A DNA stretch of 63,422 nucleotides, filler included, from Octopus bimaculoides (taxonomy: Eukaryota): assembly GCF_001194135.2 (NCBI RefSeq). It is 4 parts of 4 records of this genome, joined end to end, with 100 filler letters (N's around TTAATTAATTAA, not from the genome) between each part and the next. Parts side by side here need not be neighbours in the genome. Positions count along the whole stretch, not along the records: positions 47,425 to 61,255 come from NC_069005.1; positions 61,356 to 63,422 come from NW_026374616.1; 2 more parts are not named here. One strand, 5' to 3'. The position numbers and the translations under genes were made by a program. Below, piece by piece: positions 53,646-63,422 of this stretch. Each line of letters starts with the position of its first letter. Position 1 is the stretch's first letter. Under the pieces are notes generated by a model. That model was not told the DNA's origin. It did no database searches and saw only the letters and a program-made list of their open reading frames with translations.

Positions 53646-53770
53646 ATATGCATGACAGTATAAATGTATAAATAGACGAAACAACTGGTATCAAGTTTCA
53701 AGTTAGATTATGACGTTTCTTTAAACGTGAAAGATGAGTTGTTACAAGAATACAGATCATAAAATGTAAA

Positions 53771-54101
53771 AACCCTCTTCTGCCGTGAACGGCCATGGGA
53801 TTGCACCGAGAAAGTTTCCTCTGAGGCACAAGTCCGGGCAAGGTTGTTTATGTAAGGCCAGCAGTTACCCATGCCTACCAGCTACCCATGTCTCCACGCC
53901 ACCGATGTTATCCAAGTGAAAGTCAAAGGCCATTACAGTTTGGTATCAGTGACGTCACAGCTCATTTTTACAGCTGAGTGAACTGGACCATCGTGAAATA
54001 AAGTGTCTTGCTCAAGAACACGGCACACAGCCCGGTCCAGGAATCGAACTAACTACCTCATGACTGTGGGTTTGACGCTCTAACCGCTGTGCCATGCGAC
54101 C
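53771..54101 (-). mobile_element. SINE family C-like with RTE-type tail, in MMP intron
   Basis: tRNA-like head at 54040-54101; cagctgagtgaactgga core. Confidence 0.7.
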
Positions 54102-54436
54102 ATAAAAAGGAAGGAATTTCATGCACGCGCACACGCATAAAATTCTGACGTCTCACTTGAATTATAGCGATCTGTTTGAAATATCAAATAAAAGCTAAAT
54201 CACCACAAATGTGGTCCATATATGTTTCCATAATATACTTTGTTTTTGCTGCGAGTTTTTTTTTTTTCTTTGTCGGGTGGCAGGAGGCTAATTTAAAAGA
54301 AAAAATCATATTCAATTGAATTATATCGAACTGAAATCGATAAAAATGACGCAGTGTATGAATCGATCACAACGATAATTTTTCAAAGCATTGTTCACCC
54401 TAGAAATAAATGCCTCATATTTCATTGTCTCATTAG

Positions 54437-54582
54437 AGATTTCCAGGTATTTGCCAATCTCCCAGTATCAGGAACAGTTGACAAAGTAACGTTGAATAAG
54501 ATGCTGGTGTTCCCGCGTTGCGGAGTCAAAGACATCATTCGACGGAACAGAACATCACAACATTACAACTTCCAGGCTGTCG
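54437..54582 (+). CDS. MMP exon with cysteine switch: DFQVFANLPVSGTVDKVTLNKMLVFPRCGVKDIIRRNRTSQHYNFQAV(G)
   Basis: Acceptor ttcattgtctcattag, donor G|gtgagt; 146 nt, phase 2 to phase 1; FQxFxxLPVSG and PRCGVKD (54513-54533) motifs. Confidence 0.95.
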
Positions 54583-54717
54583 GTGAGTTAACTTCCTTCT
54601 TGGATGTTTGCTAGGTTATATGCTCGATTGGAACTGGCATCTCCTTTTCTATTTTTGTCATTAAGATGTGTCTATCTATGTATATGTGTATGTGTATGCG
54701 TATGTAGGTTTGTATGT

Positions 54718-54760
<43 letters not shown>

Positions 54761-54849
54761 AGTGTAAAACAATCATATCTACTACGCTCATGCGCACTCG
54801 GACGTGACAAATATGACTGCACCCGTTTATAGTTTTCATACAAGGATGT

Positions 54850-54995
54850 GTCAAGCAGCTTCAAATTCTGCCGGGGTCGACTTTGCCGTTCATCTTTTCA
54901 GGGGTCGATAAAATAAGTACCTGTTGAACAATGAGGTCGATGTAATCGACTTAGTACCTCCCCCGAAATTGCCGGCCTTGTGCTAAAATTTGGAA
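54850..54995 (+). mobile_element. SINE family A, 3' part
   Basis: Body and tail of family A. Confidence 0.75.
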
Positions 54996-55297
54996 TGAAN
55001 NNNNNNNNNNNNNNNNNNNNNNNNNNNNNNNNNNNNNNNNNNNNNNNNNNNNNNNNNNNNNNNNNNNNNNNNNNNNNNNNNNNNNNNNNNNNNNNNNNNN
55101 NNNNNNNNNNNNNNNNNNNNNNNNNNNNNNNNNNNNNNNNNNNNNNNNNNNNNNNNNNNNNNNNNNNNNNNNNNNNNNNNNNNNNNNNNNNNNNNNNNNN
55201 NNNNNNNNNNNNNNNNNNNNNNNNNNNNNNNNNNNNNNNNNNNNNNNNNNNNNNNNNNNNNNNNNNNNNNNNNNNNNNNNNNNNNNNNNNNNNNNNN

Positions 55298-55314
55298 GAC
55301 ATCGATCTTCAAAT
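55298..55314 (+). CDS. MMP exon, 3' tip only (DIDLQ-M); 5' part presumed inside gap 55000-55297
   Basis: GAC ATC GAT CTT CAA AT|gtaagt emerges from the gap; its phase-2 end matches the phase-2 start at 60400 and gives DIDLQMETIKKAF. Confidence 0.6.
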
Positions 55315-55372
55315 GTAAGTAATATATTCTTCATTGCTATTTTATAACCTTGTATATCATTGTTCTCTACAA

Positions 55373-55679
55373 CAGTGCTTCTCAAACTATCTGATGTGGC
55401 GTACCGGAAGTTTTTTTTTTTTTTCCAATGTGCCAGGCACCAGTAATATTTCTTGGTAATATTAATTTATACCGGAAAAAATATATATAATAAGTATAGT
55501 AAAAGTTAGTGAGTACTACGCTCCATCTGCCAGCTGATAAGTTGTTTACTGCAGTGCATAAGGTGAAATTACTGAAATTATGCTATTGTTTCTTATTATT
55601 CTGGAAACTCGCCGCGCACCGGCAGCAGATGGCTCTCGGACCGGCACCGGTCCGCGGACCACCACTTTGAGTTTCACTG
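55373..55679. mobile_element. hAT-type non-autonomous element (307 bp) with a perfect 8-bp TSD
   Basis: Ends cagtgcttctcaaa / tttgagtttcactg; TSD CTCTACAA at 55365-55372 and 55680-55687. Confidence 0.9.
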
Positions 55680-55975
55680 CTCTACAACGTCCTTTTATCA
55701 TCATCATCAGGTCGGCTGAGTTGCCCGGATCATTGCAAGTCTTCCACGCCAAATGTCCCGGTCGAGCAATGTGACATGAATATCTGACTTGGATTTTCGA
55801 CACACTGGTGTTTCACGAGCTGAAATAATTCAGCTGTGCATGCCACGATTACAGATGGTAACGGTAGTTCTACAACTGACCTTTGACAGTTTGTTGTCTG
55901 TTCATCTGCTCAGCATCTGGTGATTTTCGCCATTGATTCAATAAGTTCTTTTGCCAAAATAGTTCACATCTACTA

Positions 55976-56059
<84 letters not shown>

Positions 56060-56336
56060 TAAGGATAAAATTTTAGTAAAGTTTTTATCAGTTACCAGCA
56101 TATGGAAAATACCATTTAAGGTGAAAAATATAAATACAATTATAAATAAGAGTAAATAGAAAAACTATCTTTGCCAATATGCTGAAAAGAAGACGCTAAA
56201 TAGTCTAACGACAAAATATTTTTACTTATCTTATTGGTGTAATAACATAAGTGAAAATATTAAGTGCCAGTTACGCACTGGGGTCGTTGTAATCGACTTA
56301 ATCCCTTTGTCTGTCCTTGTTTGTCCCCTCTATGTT

Positions 56337-57031
56337 TAGGGTAACGTGTCCAGTTTCCAGTAACCGGAATCCTGTCCACTAAACCTATCTAAGTCGAGCT
56401 TACAGGTCACAAATTTGTGATCCGTGTAGCTGGCGATATAAAATAATGGACAACTAACGCTATCTTTATCCGCTAGCCTGATGAAAACTCTGTCTAAGTA
56501 AGATCTGGAAGACCCGACGCTGTTAGTCCCTGTCCACATTGGAGGCATTCGGGAAATCCATTCTATGCCTGTCAGTCAACTGGAAACGTCTGAGTAGGTT
56601 AATGAGGTGTAAATTTCCTTTTTTATTTACATAAGAGCCAACACAATCCACACGTGCATCTAGGATCGTGTTAAAGTCACCTACTAGCACTAAAGTGCGC
56701 GACATGCCTAGGAAAGCCTCTAGACGTCTGGAATAGTCTGACTGTCCAATGTCATTCGGCGCATAGACAGTGACCAGTCTGAAGGCACTACCGTTGCTGC
56801 GATTTACGTCACGGACGACCGCAGTTCCCCCTCCTCCTCTAGGTTGGCATAGAGATGCGTATATCTCGTAACCATCGAAGAGAAGCAAGAAAGCCTACGG
56901 CCCGGTCAGTCTGGTTTCGCTGGTGACTATAATATCCAAGTTCCATGACCGGAGATTGTTGAGCAATATCGTTGCTTCCAATTCGATCGTATGCCACGTA
57001 CATTTATGCTGCCCAGCTTGAGGGAGAACAT
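56337..57031 (-). mobile_element. L1/Tx1-type LINE ORF2 N-terminus (AP endonuclease), frameshifted and truncated before the RT
   Basis: MFSLKLGSINVRG start; VYAPN, GDFN, YLDRV, YTDH, GYWKL motifs. Confidence 0.85.
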
Positions 57032-57167
57032 GGAAAAGGTAAGATAAAAAAGTTACTTACATTAGAGTCTTCTGGGTGGGGTAGGTATATCCTCACTTCT
57101 CAAAGTGACTTGTGGGATGTCCTTAATTAAATTTCTATACAAGTGTCTTGTGAACGCTAATTCTTTT

Positions 57168-57360
57168 CTACTCTAGGCCAAGGCCCGAAATTTTTGGAGG
57201 GTGAGGGCAGTCGATTAGATCGACCCCAGTACGTAACTGGTACTTAATTTATCGACCCCGAAAGGATGAGAGGCAAAGTCGACCTCGGCGGAATTTGAAA
57301 TCAGAACGTAAAGACAGACGAAATACCGCTAAGCATTTCGCCCGGCGTGCTAACGTTTCT
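57168..57360 (-). mobile_element. SINE family A inserted in the L1/Tx1 element
   Basis: Near-consensus copy interrupting the ORF1/ORF2 junction region. Confidence 0.9.
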
Positions 57361-58791
57361 TATTTCGTTTGGAAAAATATTTTTTAAATCGTTGTGTTAT
57401 TGTCAATATACATGATTTGCGAATGCGATTTGGCAGCTTTTTATGGAGCTATGCGGGGATTATTTTGTGTGAGTTCAGGTAGGTTTGTATTTTTTGTGCT
57501 GTTGGCAGTGAGGTTAATAACGCTGTTTGGGGGTTGTGGTGCTGGTGATGGTGCTGGTGCTGGTGCTGGTTGTGTAAGTGTAGTAGATGTGCATGCGGGT
57601 GGTTGTGTGTCTGCGGTGCAGTGGGGTGCTGGGAAAGGGTTCTTTCGTTTTCTTTTTTTTTTTTGTGGGGACCTCCTTCCACTCGATGTTGGTAGCAGCC
57701 GGGTCTGCAGCTGAGATAGGGTAATCCTTAGTGCTTTGGGTATCCTTTATAGTACTGGCGTTCGTGGGTGAGTAGTCTGGATGCGCACCCTCCTCCGCTG
57801 ACGCCTCCTTAGTTTTTACTGCTGGGGTTGGGCTTGCTGTGGGTTTTGCCGATTCATCTGCGCTCAGCTCGGCTTTGGCCTGATCGTCAGATGCTGAAGA
57901 GGTCTGTGTCTTGATCTGTGATAGTCTCGCTGAGATCTGCCGTGGTTGTGCGTTTGGTGGAGGGTGGCTCATTACTACGGATTTCAGTGGGCACGTAACC
58001 CTCATATGTCCCTTCTGCCCACATTTGTAACATATGGGTCTGCGTCTCTCCACCACAACGCGCGTAGCTCACCCATCGTGAAGTTTGATTTGGTCGGGCA
58101 GAGCTTCAAGGTCTTGTTGCATATCTTAAACTATTAATTCTATGCCTTGACCTCTTCAGTTTTGTTGGTGGAGTTTGGTAACTGGTAGGATATTTATGTT
58201 ATTTTCCAGGTCCAGCAGGACAGCCGCCACCACCCATACGACGTCTATCTCTGGGGGTACCTCTACAATTTTTATTCTTAATGTTCGTCTTCCCAAATAA
58301 GTTGGTAGTAGCACTCGTTCGGTTGTTTTTAATGTCACTGTGGAATGTTCTTTGATTTCATCTTCTGAAGCGAATCTTACCTCCAAAGCGTCAATTTTTT
58401 TACCCCTTGCCGCACAGGTGATCCTGCCTCAAATGGGATGTAGACCTTTTTCGATTAGTTCTTTGGAGACGTATTCTATTTTCTTGTTTTTAAAGAGATA
58501 GTTTTGTATATGATCGTTTTACGCAAGCTGTATTGTGTGATTTTGCAGAGGGAGGGGGGCGTTAGGCTGAAATTGGTGCCATCTCTTTGTAGTAGGCATT
58601 TGTATTTTTCAATTCTTCTATGCTAAGGTTTAGCTTCACTTGATTAAATTTTACTGCCGACGCGAAACCGCGGCTGTTGCTGTTCGTGGTTTTCGGGTAT
58701 TTATCATCAGAGTGACTGGGATTGGTGGCGTTAGTACTTGAGATAATTGTATTTTCTTTCGTAACAACTGTGTTCTCATCCCCCTCTCTCA

Positions 58792-58838
<47 letters not shown>

Positions 58839-59023
58839 CCTCCCTCCTTCTCTCTCTCTCTCCTTCTCTCTGTCTCCACAACAGAGAGGCAAGAAAGCCT
58901 CCTCGTACAATCCAGATAGAGGGGCGTAGTCTTCATTCAGCCTTAATTCCATATTACAGAAAGAAATCTGCGGGTCGAGAAACGCTGGTTTCTCTATCAT
59001 ACTAATGGGGTGGCAAATCGCCC
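57361..59023 (-). mobile_element. L1/Tx1-type LINE ORF1 region, disrupted, with a gag-like zinc knuckle
   Basis: CYKCGQKGHMRVTC (CX2CX4HX4C) in ORF 57514-58056, upstream of the endonuclease on the same strand; split by stops and a (GA)n tract; left boundary approximate. Confidence 0.75.
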
Positions 59024-59616
59024 NNNNNNNNNNNNNNNNNNNNNNNNNNNNNNNNNNNNNNNNNNNNNNNNNNNNNNNNNNNNNNNNNNNNNNNNNNNNN
59101 NNNNNNNNNNNNNNNNNNNNNNNNNNNNNNNNNNNNNNNNNNNNNNNNNNNNNNNNNNNNNNNNNNNNNNNNNNNNNNNNNNNNNNNNNNNNNNNNNNNN
59201 NNNNNNNNNNNNNNNNNNNNNNNNNNNNNNNNNNNNNNNNNNNNNNNNNNNNNNNNNNNNNNNNNNNNNNNNNNNNNNNNNNNNNNNNNNNNNNNNNNNN
59301 NNNNNNNNNNNNNTATATATATATATATAAAATTAAAACATTAGGGTATAAAATTGGATATTAACTGATATCAATTTAATACCAGGGAACAAGCACATTA
59401 AAAGAAACAAGGAGATTCAGAAAAAAATCTGAGATCTCAAAAGATTATGGTATATGTATATATAAAGGAGATCACTAGGTGGACTGTTAATGTGCTAGAA
59501 GAAGATCACATGTAATGTGTCTACTAAGACCGAATTGTTCTCAAATGAAATTCAGCGAAGTAACAAAATGAATGCGGGCAGGACAAGTAAAAATTACATA
59601 AATATATACAAAATTA

Positions 59617-59682
59617 TCCGCGAACTAGTTTCGAAATTAACATTTTCTTACCGAAAATATCTGTTTCTCATCAGTATGGACC
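59617..59682 (-). ncRNA. Hammerhead-like motif, canonical core, decayed stem I
   Basis: Minus strand CTGATGA-GAAA..TTTC-GAAA-CTAGTT; internal hairpin ATATTTTC/GAAAATGT; palindrome AACTAGTT; stem I mismatched next to the core. Confidence 0.5.
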
Positions 59683-59969
59683 GTTAAGTAAATATAATTC
59701 TCAGAATCGTATACTAGTTGTTCCCCACGAATGAAGCACGTGCCGAGGTCTTGTATACATTTAGAAAAAAATATACCAATTTTTATACAAAAAAGTGTGT
59801 AACACTTGAAATTTCAAAAAAGGACGAAAGGAATGAACTTTACATATTTCAGAAGGATTAACTTTACAATTTATAGGAAGGACAGTATATATTTTATTAC
59901 TATTTTTAATTTTTTTAATATTTCTAATGTCTTAATATTATATATATATATACCGTTGGTTCTTAATTC

Positions 59970-60055
59970 ATCTCTGAAGAGCGGAATTACTGATAATAAG
60001 CTGATCTTTGGATCACTTTGTGATTATAGTAATATTCGCGAAACGATCGTAAGAT
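59970..60055 (+). ncRNA. Minimal type I hammerhead ribozyme motif, canonical core, in MMP intron (sense)
   Basis: Stem I ATCT/AGAT; CTGAAGA 59974-59980; stem II closed by GCG/CGC with long extension; GAAA 60040-60043; palindromic stem III ACGATCGT; GUA cleavage triplet ending at 60051. Confidence 0.7.
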
Positions 60056-60399
60056 ATTTAACTCTTTATATTTTAGACTTTACAATATTCATGCTTAATT
60101 ACGCATAAATTTTTATACGCATTTATATTTACACGTATATTTATCTACATTCAGATTTTTATACATATTGATATTTATATTTCGTATATTTATATTTTAA
60201 ATTTTAAATTTATTATGTTGCCGCGTCATATTGGATGTATGTCTTTCGAAATATTAAATATTGNNNNNNNNNNNNNNNNNNNNNNNNNNNNNNNNNNNNN
60301 NNNNNNTATATATATATATATATATTCTATTATACCTTTACATTTGTATATTTTAAAGAATAATTTACAGACAACAAACATGTGACTTATAAATTACAG

Positions 60400-60539
60400 G
60401 GAGACCATCAAGAAGGCATTTCAGTATTGGTCAAACGTGACAAATCTAACCTTCAAACACACCCCGTTAGAAGAACCGGATATCGACATACAATTCATAA
60501 GAGAAGAACATGGAGACGGAAATCCTTTTGACGGCAGAG
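60400..60539 (+). CDS. MMP catalytic-domain exon: ETIKKAFQYWSNVTNLTFKHTPLEEPDIDIQFIREEHGDGNPFDGR(G)
   Basis: Acceptor acttataaattacag, donor G|gtaagg; 140 nt, phase 2 to phase 1; AFxxWSxVTxLTF and HGDGxPFDG (structural Zn/Ca loop) motifs. Confidence 0.95.
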
Positions 60540-60629
60540 GTAAGGCTTTCTTTCAAATGTTCCGCAAATGCATACATACAGGCTTTTCGGGATAAAAAAA
60601 GGAAAGTTTGCATAAACGGGAAAAAAAAT

Positions 60630-61031
60630 GCAGTATCCCATCCCAAAAAGCATTTTGAAAAATCGAAAAGTATCAACTAGATTATGACTGGGAGATAATA
60701 CCCAGAGTACATAGAGTCACTCAAAGTAGCCGCACTCAGTTTCCACCACGATCTCAAGACAGCTCCCGAGCTTGACACATGCATTATTCGCTGTGTCCTT
60801 CGGAAGCTCTTCGAATACCTCCTTGATCTGGGTCACCAGATCGGCCTGGGTGTTACAGGCAGAACGGTTGGTGTCTTTCTCAACCACGCCCCTCTTATAG
60901 TAATCTATGGCATTACAATTGAAGGAAATTGGGAGACCAGAAATTGGGGCTGGTGAAATGGTAGAAATTCTCCGACGGCCACTTATCATATGGCCTTCTA
61001 GTAACAACTCTCTCCAGTCAGGATTGACCAC
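60630..61031 (-). mobile_element. IS630-Tc1-mariner C-terminal remnant (maT-like) in MMP intron
   Basis: CNAIDYY..VVEKDTNRSACNTQADLVTQIKEVFEELPKDT..ACVKLGSCLEIVVETECGYFE*. Confidence 0.7.
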
Positions 61032-61038
61032 GTGTATA

Positions 61039-61071
<33 letters not shown>

Positions 61072-61108
61072 TAAGGTGGCTGTTCGTAATTTACAACCGA
61101 AAGGCAAC

Positions 61109-61245
61109 AAGTATAGTCGTCACTAATGTGACGGAGGGTGCTACTCAACACCAGTATTGCTACAAATAAGAGTTGTTTTGACTCTTCTTTCTAGCAATGT
61201 CAGTGCTCACTAACACCCTCTATCACTTTAGCGACGACTATACTT
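61109..61245. mobile_element. MITE-like hairpin element (137 bp)
   Basis: Perfect 13-bp IR aagtatagtcgtc/gacgactatactt, extending imperfectly to about 32 bp (gagggtg/caccctc). Confidence 0.65.
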
Positions 61246-62339
61246 AATGTCTATANNNNNNNNNNNNNNNNNNNNNNNNNNNNNNNNNNNNNNNNNNNNT
61301 TAATTAATTAANNNNNNNNNNNNNNNNNNNNNNNNNNNNNNNNNNNNNNNNNNNNATATATATATATAATGACATAAGTGAAATAGATTAACTCGGGAAG
61401 TAGATTTATCTGGAAGCCTATGCTACACATCATTTACTCCAAATTGAAAAAAGAAAATTGTTTTATTTCAATAAGTGTTTTAAAAACAAAGCAGAGACTG
61501 GACAGAATTAGCATGAGCTACTTAGAGATTTTGAGTTGAATTGCTGCTGTCATTAAGGAATGAAGCTGAGAAGCATCTTAAATGGCGAAACGTAAATTTT
61601 AAATTCTATAATCGCATGCATGTTGCGTGTATACTCTAGACATTCGGGAACTAGTTTATTGTATTCTCTTCTCTCACCTCTCCCTCCCTCGTCTCTCTCT
61701 CTCTCTCTCTCTCTCTCCCTCTCTTTCTCTCTCTCTTTATCTATCGCTATCTCTGTTCTTAAGCAAAAACAATTTGTTTCAAAATGCGTTCAGACGGAAA
61801 CAAGCACCAAACTTCACATACATGAACATACGTAGATGTATATGTTATATATATCATACATACGTACATACACACATATGAGAATGGAAATGCATGCGTG
61901 CGATCAATATACGTATTTAAGTATATAAACGAATATTTCATATAAAACTAGATTTGATGCTATGTATGTATGTACATAAGTATATATGTAGGTAGGTAGG
62001 TAGGTTTGGACAGATGGATGAAAGTATTAAGATTATTTTAAAACATATTAGATAAAAGTCATGCTACCAATTAGGTGTCCTTAGGATTTTACATTTAATT
62101 TTAATCAAATCTTTAAAACCTATTAAAAAAACTTTCTCTCATGCAAGACGTAAACTTGATGTGCACGTGTTTTAGATAGTCTAGACGTTTGTTATCCTAA
62201 CCATCCATGCCTCTACTGCCACTATCACCATCACCATCATATATAGCAATTGTCAAAACGGGAGAATAGTTGTCAGTGAATCAATTATGCGAGTCGGTTT
62301 CAACTCCTTGTTGAGGTACAAACTTAAACTAAATAGATA

Positions 62340-62775
62340 TTTTTCATTTTGGCACACGGTCAACAATTTTGAGGAGAGCGGCGTTGACCCGAAACTTGAC
62401 TAATACTTAATTTTTCCGCTCCCGGACGAAGGAAAGGAAAATTTGTCCTGGATAGGATTTGAATTTAGAATGTAAAATTCCGAAATACCGCTAAGCATTT
62501 TGTTCGATGCACTAACAATTCTGCCAGACAGCAGTCTTACTTTAAATAGTATTGATTTCAAATTTTGGTTCAAGGCCATCAATTCTGGGGTAAAGGTTAA
62601 GTCGATTACAGCGAACCTAGTGATCAAATTGGTACTTACTTTATCGGTCACAAAAGGAGGAAATGGAAATTCGAGCTCAGTGGAATTTGAACTCAGACGG
62701 TAAAGACGGAAGAAATGTTGCTGCTAAGCATTTTGCCCGGCGTGCTAACAATTCTGCCAGATCACCGTCGTACTT
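62340..62775 (-). mobile_element. Two tandem diverged SINE family A copies
   Basis: 62340-62540 and 62555-62775. Confidence 0.75.
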
Positions 62776-62825
62776 AAAATAAATAGTATTAATAATAGTT
62801 TTCAACTTAGGCACAAGGCAGGCCA

Positions 62826-63422
62826 GCAATTATCCCTAACCTCCCATTGTCTTCCTTCAAACGAACCCATAACCTATGCGATCCACTGGTCCGTAGCACC
62901 TTCTCCTCTCCCCCAGCCCCACCAGGATCCTTTCCTTGCTCGAGATCCCGCTGATCCAAATCTGTCCATTCATCACCAACACTACATCGCTCACTGGATC
63001 TAACCAGATCACTCTCCACATTAGAAACTCCTTCTCCTGCACCTCTTCCAGCCTTATCGCATTAGATGTAATCTCTGCAATAAAACCTACGTTGGTCAGA
63101 TGGGTCGCCGGCTGTCCGAGCATCTAAGAGATGTTCGGGTACGAACGAACATACCCGTCGCTCGTCATTTCTGCTTGGCCAACCACTCGACCTCTAATAT
63201 CTCCGTTTTCAGCATCACCTTGCACCAAGGATTCACACACTCGCGACTCCGTACATGTGGATCTTTGGCGATATTCTCCCTCCATCTTCCTTTTCTATTG
63301 GACTTTCCTCTGTTTCCGAAGAAGAGCTTTGCTCGAAACATTAAACCATCTTTCTTTCCTTCCCTGAGCGTCTGTTAATACTTTGCATGTACCTCGTCCT
63401 CACACTGTTGTTTGTTTGTGTT
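62826..63422 (+). mobile_element. Penelope-like element 3' fragment (GIY-YIG endonuclease plus tail)
   Basis: Frameshifted PGSFPCSRSR / ICPFITNTTS..SFSCTSSSLI / CNLCNKTYVGQMGRRLSEHLRDVR..PVARHF, followed by a hammerhead-like tail. Confidence 0.8.
63312..63346 (+). ncRNA. Hammerhead-like motif (core CCGAAGA) directly 3' of a Penelope GIY-YIG remnant
   Basis: gttt-CCGAAGA-A-GAGC-ttt-GCTC-GAAA-CATT-aaac. Confidence 0.45.

Noticed and set aside
60540-63422. Search for the next MMP exon (GxLAHAF, HExxHxxGxxH)
   Set aside because: Not found in visible sequence; presumably beyond the window or in gaps, so catalytic competence cannot be judged

Overview
Eukaryotic, repeat-saturated draft-assembly sequence with many N gaps. 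The microsatellite density and tRNA-derived SINE families are octopus-like; this taxon call is an inference, not a database result. The only well-supported host gene is a + strand matrix metalloproteinase (M10A/matrixin family). Three complete exons (51831-51913, 54437-54582, 60400-60539) and the visible 3' tip of a fourth (55298-55314, rest inside a gap) splice with matching phases. They give the pro-domain (YLxKYGYL, PRCGVKD cysteine switch) and the start of the catalytic domain (AFxxWSNVT, HGDGNPFDG). The first (signal-peptide) exon and the HExxHxxGxxH and hemopexin exons were not found. The rest is SINEs, Tc1/mariner, hAT, RTE, L1/Tx1 and Penelope-like remnants, a tRNA-His pseudogene and microsatellites. 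The most interesting signal is a set of about eight minimal hammerhead-ribozyme motifs linked to Penelope-like tails. One has a canonical core and lies in sense orientation in the MMP intron, about 350 nt before the catalytic exon. Three others share a non-canonical CUGUYGA core. The Penelope-hammerhead link is established knowledge; activity of these copies is untested. I cannot claim a wholly new biological system from the sequence alone.
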